NCBI RefSeq assembly: GCF_051117345.1
Contig: NZ_JBNPEC010000007.1
Coordinates: 1 to 61,915 of the forward strand
Length of the DNA: 61,915 nt
DNA from: Alcanivorax sp.
GTDB lineage: Bacteria; Pseudomonadota; Gammaproteobacteria; Pseudomonadales; Alcanivoracaceae
Direction of reading: 5' to 3'
The notes beneath the pieces are model-generated. The model was not told the origin of the DNA and did no database searches. It saw only the letters and a program-made list of their open reading frames with translations. Made by a program: the position numbers and the translations under genes. Of this stretch, positions 37,881 through 48,108 are shown in pieces; the first letter of the stretch is position 1, and every line of letters begins with the position of its first letter.

Positions 37881-38429
37881 TCAGCCCCGTTGTTCCAGCA
37901 GCCGCTTGGCCATCAGCAGCGCCGCGATCACCCGGGCTTCAGTCACGTCGTCCCGCTCGATCAAGCGATCCAGGTCGGACAATTTCCAGGTGAGCACTTC
38001 CAGTTCTTCCGGTTCATCCCCGGGCAGGGACTCCTCGTACAGGTCTTCAGCCAACACCACCTTGATGCGGTGCCCCATATAACCCGGCGACAAGGTCATG
38101 TCCTTCATCAAAGTCAGACGGCGTGCACCATAACCGGCTTCTTCCTTTAACTCCCGGTTCGCCGCATCGCGCCAGTCCTCGCCGTGTTCGTAGGCACCCT
38201 TGGGCAAGGTCAGCTCGTAGCTTTCCGTGCCAGCGCCATACTCGCGGATCATTACCACGGTGTCGTCATCCAGCAGCGGCACCATCATTACCGCCGCGAT
38301 GGGCGGGGTGCGCAGGCGCTCATAGGTGCGCTCCACCCCGTTGCGAAAACGCAGGTGCAGCTCTTCAATTCCGAACAGGCGGCTTTTTGCAACCAGTCGG
38401 GTGTCGAGAATCTCCGGTTTCTCATCCAT
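37881..38429 (-). CDS. nudE: ADP compounds hydrolase NudE
   Basis: L.F.NGVERTYERL, YEL.LPKG, Nudix box ANRELKEEAGYGA, GDEPE. Confidence 0.93.
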   Translation of the reverse strand: MDEKPEILDTRLVAKSRLFGIEELHLRFRNGVERTYERLRTPPIAAVMMVPLLDDDTVVMIREYGAGTESYELTLPKGAYEHGEDWRDAANRELKEEAGYGARRLTLMKDMTLSPGYMGHRIKVVLAEDLYEESLPGDEPEELEVLTWKLSDLDRLIERDDVTEARVIAALLMAKRLLEQRG

Positions 38430-38494
38430 AATTAGCGTCAGATCTCGCGGCAACCATTTAAGGCCGAAGACTAACCCGAATACGCAGGAAATTC

Positions 38495-39148
38495 ATGATT
38501 GACTGGCAATCCGTCGACACCGTGCTCCTGGACATGGACGGCACCCTGCTCGACCTGGCGTTCGATAACTGGTTCTGGCAGAAACATGTCCCCGAGTGCT
38601 ACGCCCGCCAGCAGGGGCTGGACCGGGCCGAGGCCGACCGCATTATCCACGACTGGATAACCAGCCACCTGGGCACCCTGAACTGGTACTGCCTGGATTT
38701 CTGGACCGCGGAACTCGGCCTGGAAATCGCCCGCCTGAAGCGGGAAGCCGGCGACCGCATTGCCATACGGCCCGGCGCGGACACCTTCCTGCAAGCACTG
38801 AAGGAATCCGACAAGCAGGTCATCATGGTCACCAACGCTCATCGCGACGCCCTGGACTTAAAGGTGGAGCGTACCGGCATCGACCGCTATTTCGATGAAA
38901 TCGTCTCCAGCCACGATTATGGCCACGCCAAGGAAGCCCAGTCCTTCTGGCAGCACCTGCAACGTCACCTGCCCTTCGACCCGGCCCGCGCTCTGCTGGT
39001 GGATGACTCCCTGCCAGTACTTCACAGCGCTCAGCTTTACGGCATCGGCCAGCCGGTCAGTATCCTGCACCCGGATTCCGGCCTGCCAAAGCGGGACCAT
39101 ACGGATCCTTTCCCGGCCATCGACGATTTTCTGCGGGTACTGCCATGA
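38495..39148 (+). CDS. yrfG: GMP/IMP nucleotidase (HAD family)
   Basis: DTVLLDMDGTLLDLAFDN, TLNWYCLDFW, VTNAH, KE...FW. Confidence 0.93.
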   Translation: MIDWQSVDTVLLDMDGTLLDLAFDNWFWQKHVPECYARQQGLDRAEADRIIHDWITSHLGTLNWYCLDFWTAELGLEIARLKREAGDRIAIRPGADTFLQALKESDKQVIMVTNAHRDALDLKVERTGIDRYFDEIVSSHDYGHAKEAQSFWQHLQRHLPFDPARALLVDDSLPVLHSAQLYGIGQPVSILHPDSGLPKRDHTDPFPAIDDFLRVLP

Positions 39149-39158
39149 GAAAGATGCC

Positions 39159-39548
39159 ATGAGCGAGACCGTTCGTATCGACTCCTGGCTGTGGGCGACG
39201 CGTTTCTTCAAGACCCGCAGCCTGGCCAAGGCCGCCATCGAAGGCGGCAAGGTGCAGATTGATGGTAGCAAGGCCAAACCCAGCAAGAATGTGCAGCCCG
39301 GGCAGACCATTACCATCACCAAGGGCACGGAACATTTCGAGGTAATAGTAGAAGGACTAAGCAGCAAGCGCGGCCCCGCCAGCGTGGCCCAGACCCTCTA
39401 CCAGGAAACCGAACAAAGCCGTAGCCGCCGGGAACAGAGCAGCGAACAACGCAAGCTGGCCCGGGCCGCTGCCGCCGCACCGGACCACAAGCCCAGCAAG
39501 AAGGAGCGCCGGGATATCCAGCGCTTCAAGAGAGACAACCTGGAATAA
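39159..39548 (+). CDS. hslR: ribosome-associated heat shock protein Hsp15
   Basis: VRIDSWLWATRFFKTRSLA, AQTLYQET, KPSKKERR. Confidence 0.95.
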   Translation: MSETVRIDSWLWATRFFKTRSLAKAAIEGGKVQIDGSKAKPSKNVQPGQTITITKGTEHFEVIVEGLSSKRGPASVAQTLYQETEQSRSRREQSSEQRKLARAAAAAPDHKPSKKERRDIQRFKRDNLE

Positions 39549-39607
39549 CCGCTATCGCGCCCCCATAAAGGCATCGCCAAGACAGCAACAGCCCTCAGGA
39601 CACAACC

Positions 39608-40465
39608 ATGCAAGATCACAAACAACGCTTTCTGTTCCCCGACTCCGATATCCGCGGCGAACTGGTGCAGGTGGAAAGCAGCGTCACCCGTATTATTGAA
39701 GGGCATAACTACCCGCTGGCAGTACAGGGGCTTATCGGCGAGGCGGTGGCCGCCGTGGCACTGCTGGCCAGCACCCTGAAATTCAAGGGCCGCCTGGCAT
39801 TGCAGGCCCAGGGTAAGGGCCCGGTATCCCTGCTGCTGGCCGAGTGCACCAACGAGGGCGAGTTGCGCGCCATGGCCCGCCACAGCGACGGCCAGGACTG
39901 GAGCCATGGCGACATCCAGACCCTGATTGGCGACGGCAACATGGTCATCACCATCATCCCGGAGCAGGGCCGCCAGTATCAGGGCATCGTGCCCCTGGCC
40001 GGCGACTCCCTGGCCCAATGCCTGGAAGCCTACTTCCACCAGTCCGAACAACTCCCCACCCGCCTGTGGCTGGCAAGCGGCAACAACCGGGCCGCCGGCC
40101 TGCTACTGCAACGACTGCCCAACCAACTGACCAGCAGCGATGCCAACACGCAGATGTGGGAGCACCTGGAAGCCCTGGCCGGCACCCTGAAAATGGAGGA
40201 GTTACTCAACCTGGACGATCAGACCATCCTCCACCGGCTGTTCCACGACACCCCACCACAGCTTCCCGACGCCCAGGCCCTGCAGTTCGGCTGCACCTGC
40301 TCCCGGGACCGCAATCGCAATGCCCTGATCTCCCTGGGAAGCAACGAATTGCAGACCCTGCTCGACGAAGACGGCGAAGTCACCCTGACCTGCGACTTCT
40401 GCCGCAGCCGGGAACGTTTTGATGCGGTGGATCTGGCGGCGATGATTAATTCAATTAACAGTTAA
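39608..40465 (+). CDS. hslO: redox-regulated chaperone Hsp33
   Basis: [17 protein letters not shown], zinc motif CTCS...CDFC. Confidence 0.96.
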   Translation: MQDHKQRFLFPDSDIRGELVQVESSVTRIIEGHNYPLAVQGLIGEAVAAVALLASTLKFKGRLALQAQGKGPVSLLLAECTNEGELRAMARHSDGQDWSHGDIQTLIGDGNMVITIIPEQGRQYQGIVPLAGDSLAQCLEAYFHQSEQLPTRLWLASGNNRAAGLLLQRLPNQLTSSDANTQMWEHLEALAGTLKMEELLNLDDQTILHRLFHDTPPQLPDAQALQFGCTCSRDRNRNALISLGSNELQTLLDEDGEVTLTCDFCRSRERFDAVDLAAMINSINS

Positions 40466-40629
40466 CAGTTAACAGTTAATAGTTAATAGTGAACAGCGGC
40501 GCGGAACAGGTTCTTTGGGTCCTGAAACGCAAGAGGCCGCGCCCATAGCCTGGGCGCGGCCTCTTGCGTTTCAGGCAACCCCGGGCCGGATCGCGCAACT
40601 ATTCACTGTTAACTATTAACTGTTCACTG
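40457..40629. repeat. heptamer-flanked hairpin element, copy F (best preserved)
   Basis: (AACAGTT)x3-AATAGTT-AATAGTG-AACAGCG; perfect stem CCTGAAACGCAAGAGGCCGCGCCCA-tagcc-TGGGCGCGGCCTCTTGCGTTTCAGG; AACTATT-CACTGTT-AACTATT-AACTGTT. Confidence 0.9.
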
Positions 40630-40846
40630 ACTGTCGCGCCGTGACCGCCCGGTCCAAGGGGGAATCGCCACTGATTTCCTTTTCTGGCATAATCGCGCGC
40701 CTGTGCTGACTGGAGGTTTTGTCCCCCGGTCCCCTTTGGTCTTGCCCGGTGGCAGTAACGGGCACGAGACCGGCACTGTTATCCGCAATGCGAACCAGAG
40801 TTTCGGCGCCCATACACGCTGAAACGGCACGGCCACAAGCCCAGGA

Positions 40847-42397
40847 ATGACCATGACCGACCCGATTGTTTATAACGACCTCAGCCCGGCCCAGCTGGTA
40901 GAGCTGGCTGTTCAGCGCAACGAAGGCCGCCTGTCCGACACCGGCGCCCTGGTAGTGGAAACCGGTCATCGCACCGGCCGCTCCCCCATGGACCGCTACA
41001 TCGTCGAAGAGCCCAGCACCAGCGAGCACATCCACTGGGGCGCTATCAACCGTGCCTTCCCCGCCGACAAGTTCGATGCCCTGTGGGATCGTGTCAGCGT
41101 GGCCGTTGCCGACGCTGATGCCTTTGTGTCCCACTTGCACGTAGGTGCCGATGCGGACCATTACCTGGCCGTGAAAGTGACCGCGCAGACCGCGTGGCAC
41201 AACCTGTTCGCCAACACCATGTTCATCCGCCCGGAAAAGTACAATCCGCGCAGCAAGGAAGAATGGCAAATCCTGCACGCCCCGCACTTCCAGTGCGAGC
41301 CGGAGCGTGACGGCACCAATTCCGATGGCTGCGTGATTCTCAACTTTGCCCAGCGCAAAGTGCTGATCGCCGGCATGCGTTACGCCGGTGAAATGAAGAA
41401 AGCCATGTTCTCCGTGCAGAACTTCCTGCTGCCGGAAAAAGACGTGCTGCCCATGCACTGCTCCGCCAACGTGGGCGAAGATGGCGACGTGGCCCTGTTC
41501 TTCGGCCTGTCCGGCACCGGTAAAACCACCCTGTCCGCCGACCCGAACCGTTACCTGATCGGTGACGACGAGCACGGCTGGGGCAAGGATGTGGTGTTCA
41601 ACATCGAAGGCGGCTGCTACGCCAAGTGCATCGACCTGAGCCAGAAGAACGAGCCGGTAATCTGGGATGCCATCAAGTTCGGCGCGGTACTGGAAAACGT
41701 CATCATCAATGACGAAAGCCGCAGCGCCGACTACAACGACGTCTCCCTGACCCAGAACACCCGCGCCGCCTACCCGCTGGAAAACATCGACAAGAAAGTC
41801 GAAGCCAACCGTGCCGGCGAGCCCAAGCACATCATCTTCCTGACCTGCGATCTGACCGGCGTTCTTCCGCCAGTCTCCAAGTTGTCCAAGGAAGCGGCGG
41901 CCTACCACTTCCTGAGCGGCTACACCGCGCTGGTCGGCTCCACCGAAATGGGTTCCGGTGGTGGCATCAAGAGCACCTTCTCCACCTGCTTCGGCGCCCC
42001 CTTCTTCCCCCGTCGCGCTGGCGAATATGCCGAGCTGCTGATCAAGCGGATGGAAGACTTCGGCTCCACCGTGTTCCTGGTGAACACCGGCTGGACCGGT
42101 GGCCCCTTCGGCGAAGGCGAGCGTTTCAGCATCCCCACTACCCGTGGCGTGGTGAACGCGATCCTCTCCGGCGATCTGGACAACGCGGAAACCGAGCACC
42201 TGGATATCATCAACCTGGACGTACCGAAAGCCGTTCCCGGTGTGGACAGCCAGCTGCTGCAGCCCAAGAACACCTGGGCCAACCCGGAAAACTACGAAGC
42301 CCGTGCCCGCGATCTGGCAGAGCAGTTCGAAAAGAACTTTGCCGAGAAATATGCGGACGTATCCGAAGATATCCGCGCCGCCGGCCCCAAGGCCTGA
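40847..42397 (+). CDS. pckA: phosphoenolpyruvate carboxykinase (ATP)
   Basis: [45 protein letters not shown]. Confidence 0.98.
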   Translation: MTMTDPIVYNDLSPAQLVELAVQRNEGRLSDTGALVVETGHRTGRSPMDRYIVEEPSTSEHIHWGAINRAFPADKFDALWDRVSVAVADADAFVSHLHVGADADHYLAVKVTAQTAWHNLFANTMFIRPEKYNPRSKEEWQILHAPHFQCEPERDGTNSDGCVILNFAQRKVLIAGMRYAGEMKKAMFSVQNFLLPEKDVLPMHCSANVGEDGDVALFFGLSGTGKTTLSADPNRYLIGDDEHGWGKDVVFNIEGGCYAKCIDLSQKNEPVIWDAIKFGAVLENVIINDESRSADYNDVSLTQNTRAAYPLENIDKKVEANRAGEPKHIIFLTCDLTGVLPPVSKLSKEAAAYHFLSGYTALVGSTEMGSGGGIKSTFSTCFGAPFFPRRAGEYAELLIKRMEDFGSTVFLVNTGWTGGPFGEGERFSIPTTRGVVNAILSGDLDNAETEHLDIINLDVPKAVPGVDSQLLQPKNTWANPENYEARARDLAEQFEKNFAEKYADVSEDIRAAGPKA

Positions 42398-42411
42398 TCC
42401 GCAAGGATCAC

Positions 42412-42442
42412 TGAAAAAGCCCGCCACCGGCGGGCTTTTTCA
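42412..42442 (+). terminator. intrinsic terminator of pckA
   Basis: TGAAAAAGCCCGCC-acc-GGCGGGCTTTTTCA. Confidence 0.85.
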
Positions 42443-42661
42443 TTGCCGCCCGGCGGGCAGACCCGCCCACCCGGGAAGGCAAAAGGAAACACCTGGTCTG
42501 GACTTGTTTACCGCACACGCTAGACTGCACCTCCGGAGTGGCGGCAACCGTCATCGCTCCCTGCCCCACAAGGGCTCTGCCTCATTAACCCGGACCTGTT
42601 CACCGCCAAGGTGGATATGATTGACTGGCACCCCATGCGGGTTAGCCCAACAGGAGCCCCA

Positions 42662-43954
42662 ATGAGCAAACCCAGAATTGTTGTCGTCGGCGGTGGTGCC
42701 GGCGGTCTGCCACTGGTCACCCGCCTGGGTCGCAAGCTTGGCAAATACGGCCACGCGGACGTAACCCTGGTGGATTCCTCCAGCATCCATGTGTGGAAAC
42801 CGCGCTTTCACGAAGTGGCCACCGGTGCCATCGACGCCGATCTGGATGCGGTGGACTATCGCGCCCACGCCCAGCTAAACCATTACCGCTTCGAACCGGG
42901 CACCATGACCCAGGTGAACGTGGCGGCGCAGACCCTGACTCTTGCTCCGCTCCATGACAACCACGGCTCGGAAGTGCTGCCGGAGCGGCAACTTCACTAC
43001 GATTACCTGGTGCTGGCCACCGGCAGCCAGAGCAACGACTTCGGCACCCCCGGCGTCCGCGAAAACTGCCTGTTCATGGACAGCCGCGCCCAGGCGGAAC
43101 GCTTTCGCGAGCGCTTTCTGAATGCCTGTCTGCACGCCAACTACGAAGGCAAGCCGGTGTCCGTGGCCATTGTCGGCGGCGGCGCCACCGGCGTGGAGCT
43201 GGCGGCGGAACTCCATCATGCCGTGTCCATGCTCAATTTCTACGGCCACGACAAGCTGGACCGCAACCACCTGCAGGTGGACGTGATTGAAGCCGCACCG
43301 CGTATTCTGCCGGTACTGAGCGAGCGGGTTTCCGCCACCGCCACCAAGCGGCTGGAAGATTTGGGTGTGAAAGTGCGCACCGGTGTCATGGTCGCCGAAG
43401 CCACCCCCGAGGCTCTGGTACCCAAGGAAGGCGATCCCATCAAGGCCGATCTGCTGGTGTGGGCCGCCGGAGTGAAGTGCCCGGACTGGCTGGGCCAGAT
43501 CGACGGCCTGACCACCAATCGCATCAATCAGGTGGAAGTGGAACCGACCCTGCAGGCCAAGGGCCACAAGAACATCTTCATCATCGGCGATGCGGCCTTC
43601 CTGATCCCGGAAGGCGAAGAGCGGCCCATCCCGCCACGGGCCCAGTCTGCCCAGCAGATGGCCCAGCACACCGCCCGCAGCCTGCAGCAGCTGATCATGA
43701 AACGTGAACCACGGCCGTTCCAGTACAAGGACCACGGCTCGCTGGTCTCACTGTCCAACTACAGCTCGGTGGGCATGCTGATGGGCAACCTGAAAGGCGG
43801 CAACTTCTTCGTGGAAGGCTGGCTGGCGCGGATGATGTACATCAGCCTGTACCGCATGCATCAGGCCGCCCTGTACGGTTGGCCCCGCACGATCATGCTG
43901 CTGATCGCCGGCCGCTTCAACAAGCTGGTGCGGCCGAGATTGAAGCTGCATTAA
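42662..43954 (+). CDS. ndh: type II NADH dehydrogenase
   Basis: VVGGGAGG, H.WKP..HEVATG, IVGGGATGVELAAEL, PPRAQSAQQ, D.GSLVSLS, YISLYRMHQ; RBS AGGAG. Confidence 0.95.
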   Translation: MSKPRIVVVGGGAGGLPLVTRLGRKLGKYGHADVTLVDSSSIHVWKPRFHEVATGAIDADLDAVDYRAHAQLNHYRFEPGTMTQVNVAAQTLTLAPLHDNHGSEVLPERQLHYDYLVLATGSQSNDFGTPGVRENCLFMDSRAQAERFRERFLNACLHANYEGKPVSVAIVGGGATGVELAAELHHAVSMLNFYGHDKLDRNHLQVDVIEAAPRILPVLSERVSATATKRLEDLGVKVRTGVMVAEATPEALVPKEGDPIKADLLVWAAGVKCPDWLGQIDGLTTNRINQVEVEPTLQAKGHKNIFIIGDAAFLIPEGEERPIPPRAQSAQQMAQHTARSLQQLIMKREPRPFQYKDHGSLVSLSNYSSVGMLMGNLKGGNFFVEGWLARMMYISLYRMHQAALYGWPRTIMLLIAGRFNKLVRPRLKLH

Positions 43955-43972
43955 GACAACACTACGTAGCCC

Positions 43973-44004
43973 CTGTAGGAGCGCCTCTCGAGGCGCTCCT
44001 ACAG
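43973..44004. repeat. collapsed REP palindrome
   Basis: CTGTAGGAGCGCCTC-tc-GAGGCGCTCCTACAG, 15-bp perfect arms. Confidence 0.8.
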
Positions 44005-44076
44005 CTACCATGTAGAGACAACCGGTAGTTAGCGACCACCGCAACCGATACACTCCCTGCTACCCCATGGACGACG

Positions 44077-44994
44077 GTGGCAACGATGAAAGATACCTTT
44101 CTCTATTGGTTCGGCATTCTCAAAAACACAATACGCCTGTGGCTGGAAGGTAATGCCGCCAGTTATGCCGGGTCGTTGGCGTTCTTTACGCTTTTCTCCA
44201 TTGCCCCTGTCATCATCCTCGCCGTAAAGGTGATCTCGCTGGTGATGAGCAGCGAAGCCGCCATGGCGGAAATTCTCGGCCAGCTGGAAGCCACGGTGGG
44301 GCCCGCCGCCACCGAAGAAATCCGCAATGCCATCATGAATACCCGCGCCCCCAGTCAAGGGATTCTCGCCGGCATACTCAGCCTGACGGTGATGATCATC
44401 GGTGCGACCACTGTATTCGCCCAAATGCAGCGCTCCATGAATGCCATCTGGGAAGTGGTACCACGCCCCTCACGCAATACGGTGATCGCACTCATCAAAA
44501 GTCGCCTGTTGTCGCTGACCGTGGTGGTATCGCTGGGCTTTGTGCTATTGGTCTCCCTGCTGCTGAATGTGGCCGTACAGACCCTGCTGGTCTACGCGGA
44601 AAACTGGATCCCCTTCCATGCCAGTGTGGCCCTGGCACTGGAAGTGCTGGTCTCCATCATTGTCATCGCCCTGCTGTTCGGCATGATCTTCCGCCTGCTT
44701 CCCGACGTGGTACTGAGCTGGAAGGACGTGGCCCCCGCCGCCCTGATCACCGCCATCCTGTTTGCCATTGGCCGCGCCCTGATCGGCTTTTACCTGTCGC
44801 ATACGGCCACCGCTTCCACCTATGGTGCTGCCGGCTCGCTGGTGATTCTGCTGATGTGGGTGTACTACTCTTCCATGATCCTGCTGCTCGGGGCCGCTTT
44901 CAGCCGCGCCCACAGTGAAGCCAGGGGGCGCGTTATCCGTGCCCGCTCCACCGCCGTGCGAGTCCGTCGGGAATTTCACGAAACGCCGGCCTAG
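44077..44994 (+). CDS. YihY/virulence factor BrkB family membrane protein
   Basis: SLAFFTLFSIAP, MNAIW, YGAAGSLVILLMWVYYS..ILLLGA. Confidence 0.9.
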   Translation: MATMKDTFLYWFGILKNTIRLWLEGNAASYAGSLAFFTLFSIAPVIILAVKVISLVMSSEAAMAEILGQLEATVGPAATEEIRNAIMNTRAPSQGILAGILSLTVMIIGATTVFAQMQRSMNAIWEVVPRPSRNTVIALIKSRLLSLTVVVSLGFVLLVSLLLNVAVQTLLVYAENWIPFHASVALALEVLVSIIVIALLFGMIFRLLPDVVLSWKDVAPAALITAILFAIGRALIGFYLSHTATASTYGAAGSLVILLMWVYYSSMILLLGAAFSRAHSEARGRVIRARSTAVRVRREFHETPA

Positions 44995-45059
44995 CAACGT
45001 TCATGTCCCCTTCACGACCGGATTGACACGGTAAGGTGTCATTCTACGAAGGGGATCCC

Positions 45060-45464
45060 ATGACATTAAAAGCACCGTTTTCCGTAATCAGTCTCTCTCT
45101 GCTGGCCCTGTTCCTGTCCGCCTGTAGCGACAGTGACAACACCATCAGCCAGGAAGTCACCGCCACGGCGTACACCCTGTCCGAAGCGGAAACCAAGAAA
45201 GGCAATGTGGGCCTCGCCGCCTGGGGCGATCAACTGGAGCCCGGCATGAAAGCCATCGCCGTGTCCCGCGATCTCATTCCCAAAGGACTCACCCATCGCA
45301 CGGAAGTGGAAGTAGAAGGCATGGGCACCTATGTGGTGCTCGACAAGATGAACAAGCGCTGGACCGACAAAATCGACATCTTGATGGCGGACCGGGCCGA
45401 GGCTCGAGAGTGGGGCAAACAAACCGTCACCATTCACTGGGGAGCGCCGCAGGAAACACCCTGA
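45060..45464 (+). CDS. 3D-domain lipoprotein
   Basis: Lipobox LSAC, VTATAYT, IAVSRDL, VLDKM...IDI, A..WG. Confidence 0.8.
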   Translation: MTLKAPFSVISLSLLALFLSACSDSDNTISQEVTATAYTLSEAETKKGNVGLAAWGDQLEPGMKAIAVSRDLIPKGLTHRTEVEVEGMGTYVVLDKMNKRWTDKIDILMADRAEAREWGKQTVTIHWGAPQETP

Positions 45465-45560
45465 ACGATCCGGCAATTTTGCAATTCTCCCGATGAAACC
45501 CTGGCGGGGCCGTCGTAAACTGCCTGACATTGATGCCCCCGCCACGGTTTCGGAGTCCCC

Positions 45561-46772
45561 ATGGCCACCCGCTTTTTATTGATTGCCCTGTTCCTGTGTT
45601 TCAGCCACCCCGCCCTGGCTCTGGATCAGGAAAGTTTTGCCATGTGTATCAGCAAACTGCGCCAGGCGGGACTGGAAGCCGGCTTGCCTGCCCAGGTGAT
45701 CAGCCAGCATCTGGATGATGTGAAACTGAATGAAAAAGTGGTGGAACTGGACCGTAGCCAGCCGGAGTTCACCAGTAGTTTCGCCGATTACTTCAACCGT
45801 CGGGTCAGCGAGCAACGGATTGAAAAGGGTCGCGAAAAATACCGCAGCCATCGTCAATTGCTCGACACCCTGACCCGGGAATACGGTATCCCCGGCCATT
45901 ACCTGGTGGCCTTCTGGGGACTGGAAACCAACTATGGTGGTTACCTGGGCAACATCCCTACCCTCGACGCCCTGGCCACGCTGACCTGCGAAGGCCGGCG
46001 CGGTGATTATTTTCAGGGTGAACTGTTCAATGCCCTGCGCATTCTGCAGGCCGGTGATGTGAAGGCGTCACAGATGAAAGGCTCCTGGGCCGGGGCCATG
46101 GGGCAGACCCAGTTCATGCCAGCCGTGTTTCTCAAACACGCCCAGGATCACAACGGCGACGGTCGCCGCGACCTGTGGGGCAGCAGCGAAGACGCCCTGG
46201 CGTCCGGCGCGCATTTCCTGCAGGCACTAGGCTGGGAACGGGAAGCACGTTGGGGCCGGGAAATCAGCCTGCCCAAGAATTTCGACTACCAGCTTACTGG
46301 TTTTGGCAACAAACGCGCTCTCGCCGACTGGGCCGAACTGGGGCTGACATTGCCCAATGGCCAACCCCTGCCCTCCGCGGACATGGAGGCAGCCGTGATC
46401 GTGCCGTCCGGCCATCAGGGCCCGGCCTTTCTGGCCTATCACAATTTCCGGGTGATCATGGGCTGGAACCGCTCCGAGTCCTACGCCATTACCGTGGGCC
46501 GCTTGGCAGACCGCATTGCCGGCGCCGGCCCCCTGTCCAAAACGCCGCCACAGGCACCACGCCTCAACCGCGAACAGGTCACCCGTCTGCAGCAGATCCT
46601 CAATGAAAAGGGCTTTGACGCTGGCGAGGAAGATGGCCTGATGGGCCCGGGCACCCGCAAGGCCATCGCCCGCTATCAGCAGGCCAACGATCTGGTAGCC
46701 GATGGTTTCCCGGGGGAGGAAGTGCTTACTCGTATCGGCATTTTGCAGCCGGCCGACCAAGCACCGGGCTGA
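45561..46772 (+). CDS. lytic murein transglycosylase (MltB/SLT_2) with peptidoglycan-binding domain
   Basis: WGLETNYG, GSWAGAMGQTQFMP, C-terminal DGLMGPGTRKAI..YQ. Confidence 0.92.
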   Translation: MATRFLLIALFLCFSHPALALDQESFAMCISKLRQAGLEAGLPAQVISQHLDDVKLNEKVVELDRSQPEFTSSFADYFNRRVSEQRIEKGREKYRSHRQLLDTLTREYGIPGHYLVAFWGLETNYGGYLGNIPTLDALATLTCEGRRGDYFQGELFNALRILQAGDVKASQMKGSWAGAMGQTQFMPAVFLKHAQDHNGDGRRDLWGSSEDALASGAHFLQALGWEREARWGREISLPKNFDYQLTGFGNKRALADWAELGLTLPNGQPLPSADMEAAVIVPSGHQGPAFLAYHNFRVIMGWNRSESYAITVGRLADRIAGAGPLSKTPPQAPRLNREQVTRLQQILNEKGFDAGEEDGLMGPGTRKAIARYQQANDLVADGFPGEEVLTRIGILQPADQAPG

Positions 46773-46835
46773 CAGCCATTAACCCTTCACGCCGGGCATG
46801 GCATGCTCAACCCTGTCTGAACATGGGAGTCCGTC

Positions 46836-47957
46836 ATGCGATCACTGATCACCGTCACACTCACCGCCCTGAGCCTGTGTGCCTGTGCCGACAACGCCGC
46901 CACCCTGACCCCGCAAAGCAATGACAGCGTTGCGGCCAAAACTCTCACCGATGGCCTGCACCATCCCTGGTCCCTGGCGTTTCTGCCCGATGACGAATGG
47001 TTGATCACAGAGCGCCGCGGCACCCTGCGCCGGCTGGTGGATGGCAGCCTGCAGGAGGACCCGGTCAGCGGCGTGCCGGAGGTGGTGGCCAGGGGCCAGG
47101 GCGGGCTGTTCGATGTAATGCCGCACCCGGATTTTGCCGACAACCGGCGCCTTTACCTGAGCTATGCCAAACCCTGTGGTGACGATGGTGGCACCACGGC
47201 GGTGGGCTACGGCACTTACCGGGATGGCGCCCTGAGCGACTTCCGCGATATCTACGTGGCGGAAAAAGCCTGCACCAACACCGCCAAACACTTCGGCGGG
47301 CGCATCCTGTTTGATAACGACGGCTATCTGTTTGTCACCGTGGGCGACCGCGGTGAGCGCGAGCGCGCCCAGAACACCGCAGACCCGGCCGGTAGCGTGC
47401 TGCGTCTGCACGACGATGGCCGCATTCCCAAGGACAATCCGCTGGACGGTCAGTCTGGCAAGGCAGCGGCCATCTGGAGCTGGGGCCACCGCAACCCGCA
47501 AGGGCTGGCCTTGCATCCCGACACAGGCAAACCCTGGCTCAATGAGCACGGCCCCCGCGGCGGGGACGAAATCAATGCGGTTACAGCGGGTACCAACTAC
47601 GGCTGGCCAGAGATCACCTATGGCCGGGAATATTATGGTCCCGGTATTGGCGACACCAAGCAGGAAGGCCTGGCCCAGCCGCTGCTCCACTGGACCCCGT
47701 CCATCGCCCCCTCCGGCATGGCCTTCGTGACCAGCGATCGCTACCCGGACTGGCAGGGCGACACCGTCCACGGTGCCCTGAAGCTGACCCATCTGAACAA
47801 GGTGGCCTTTGATGGCCGCAAACCGCTGTCTGAAGTTCGCCTGCTGGAAGACAGGGGCGATCGCATCCGTGATGTTCGCCAGGGCCCGGATGGCTATCTG
47901 TACCTGCTCACCGACAGCAGCAATGGCGCCCTGCTGCGCGTCAAACCCTCTCTCTGA
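46836..47957 (+). CDS. PQQ-dependent aldose sugar dehydrogenase (YliI-like) lipoprotein
   Basis: GLHHPWSLAFLP, GQGGL.DV, HFGGRI, GHRNPQG, EHGPRGGDEIN, RIRDVRQGPDG. Confidence 0.92.
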   Translation: MRSLITVTLTALSLCACADNAATLTPQSNDSVAAKTLTDGLHHPWSLAFLPDDEWLITERRGTLRRLVDGSLQEDPVSGVPEVVARGQGGLFDVMPHPDFADNRRLYLSYAKPCGDDGGTTAVGYGTYRDGALSDFRDIYVAEKACTNTAKHFGGRILFDNDGYLFVTVGDRGERERAQNTADPAGSVLRLHDDGRIPKDNPLDGQSGKAAAIWSWGHRNPQGLALHPDTGKPWLNEHGPRGGDEINAVTAGTNYGWPEITYGREYYGPGIGDTKQEGLAQPLLHWTPSIAPSGMAFVTSDRYPDWQGDTVHGALKLTHLNKVAFDGRKPLSEVRLLEDRGDRIRDVRQGPDGYLYLLTDSSNGALLRVKPSL

Positions 47958-48108
47958 TCCACCGCCCCGGCGCCTGCCGGGGCCTTACAGTCCGACACAA
48001 AACCCGCCGGCTCATTCACTTTCTTGTACCAGTGTACCAACAGACCCGTCCCGATCCCGCTTCTATCCTCATAGGCTAAAACATGTATAACAATTCGGGG
48101 ATAGCACC

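Noticed and set aside
38895-39158. N-terminal extension of hslR in the ORF track
   Set aside because: Overlaps yrfG out of frame; Hsp15 homology starts at ATG 39159.
26524-40629. Tandem repeats as a CRISPR array, or hairpin elements as integron attC sites
   Set aside because: Units are 7 bp with no unique spacers and no cas genes. The elements lack consistent RYYYAAC/GTTRRRY ends, sit between housekeeping genes of mixed orientation, and no integrase is present.
40616-42427. 603-aa - strand ORF
   Set aside because: Antisense shadow of pckA.
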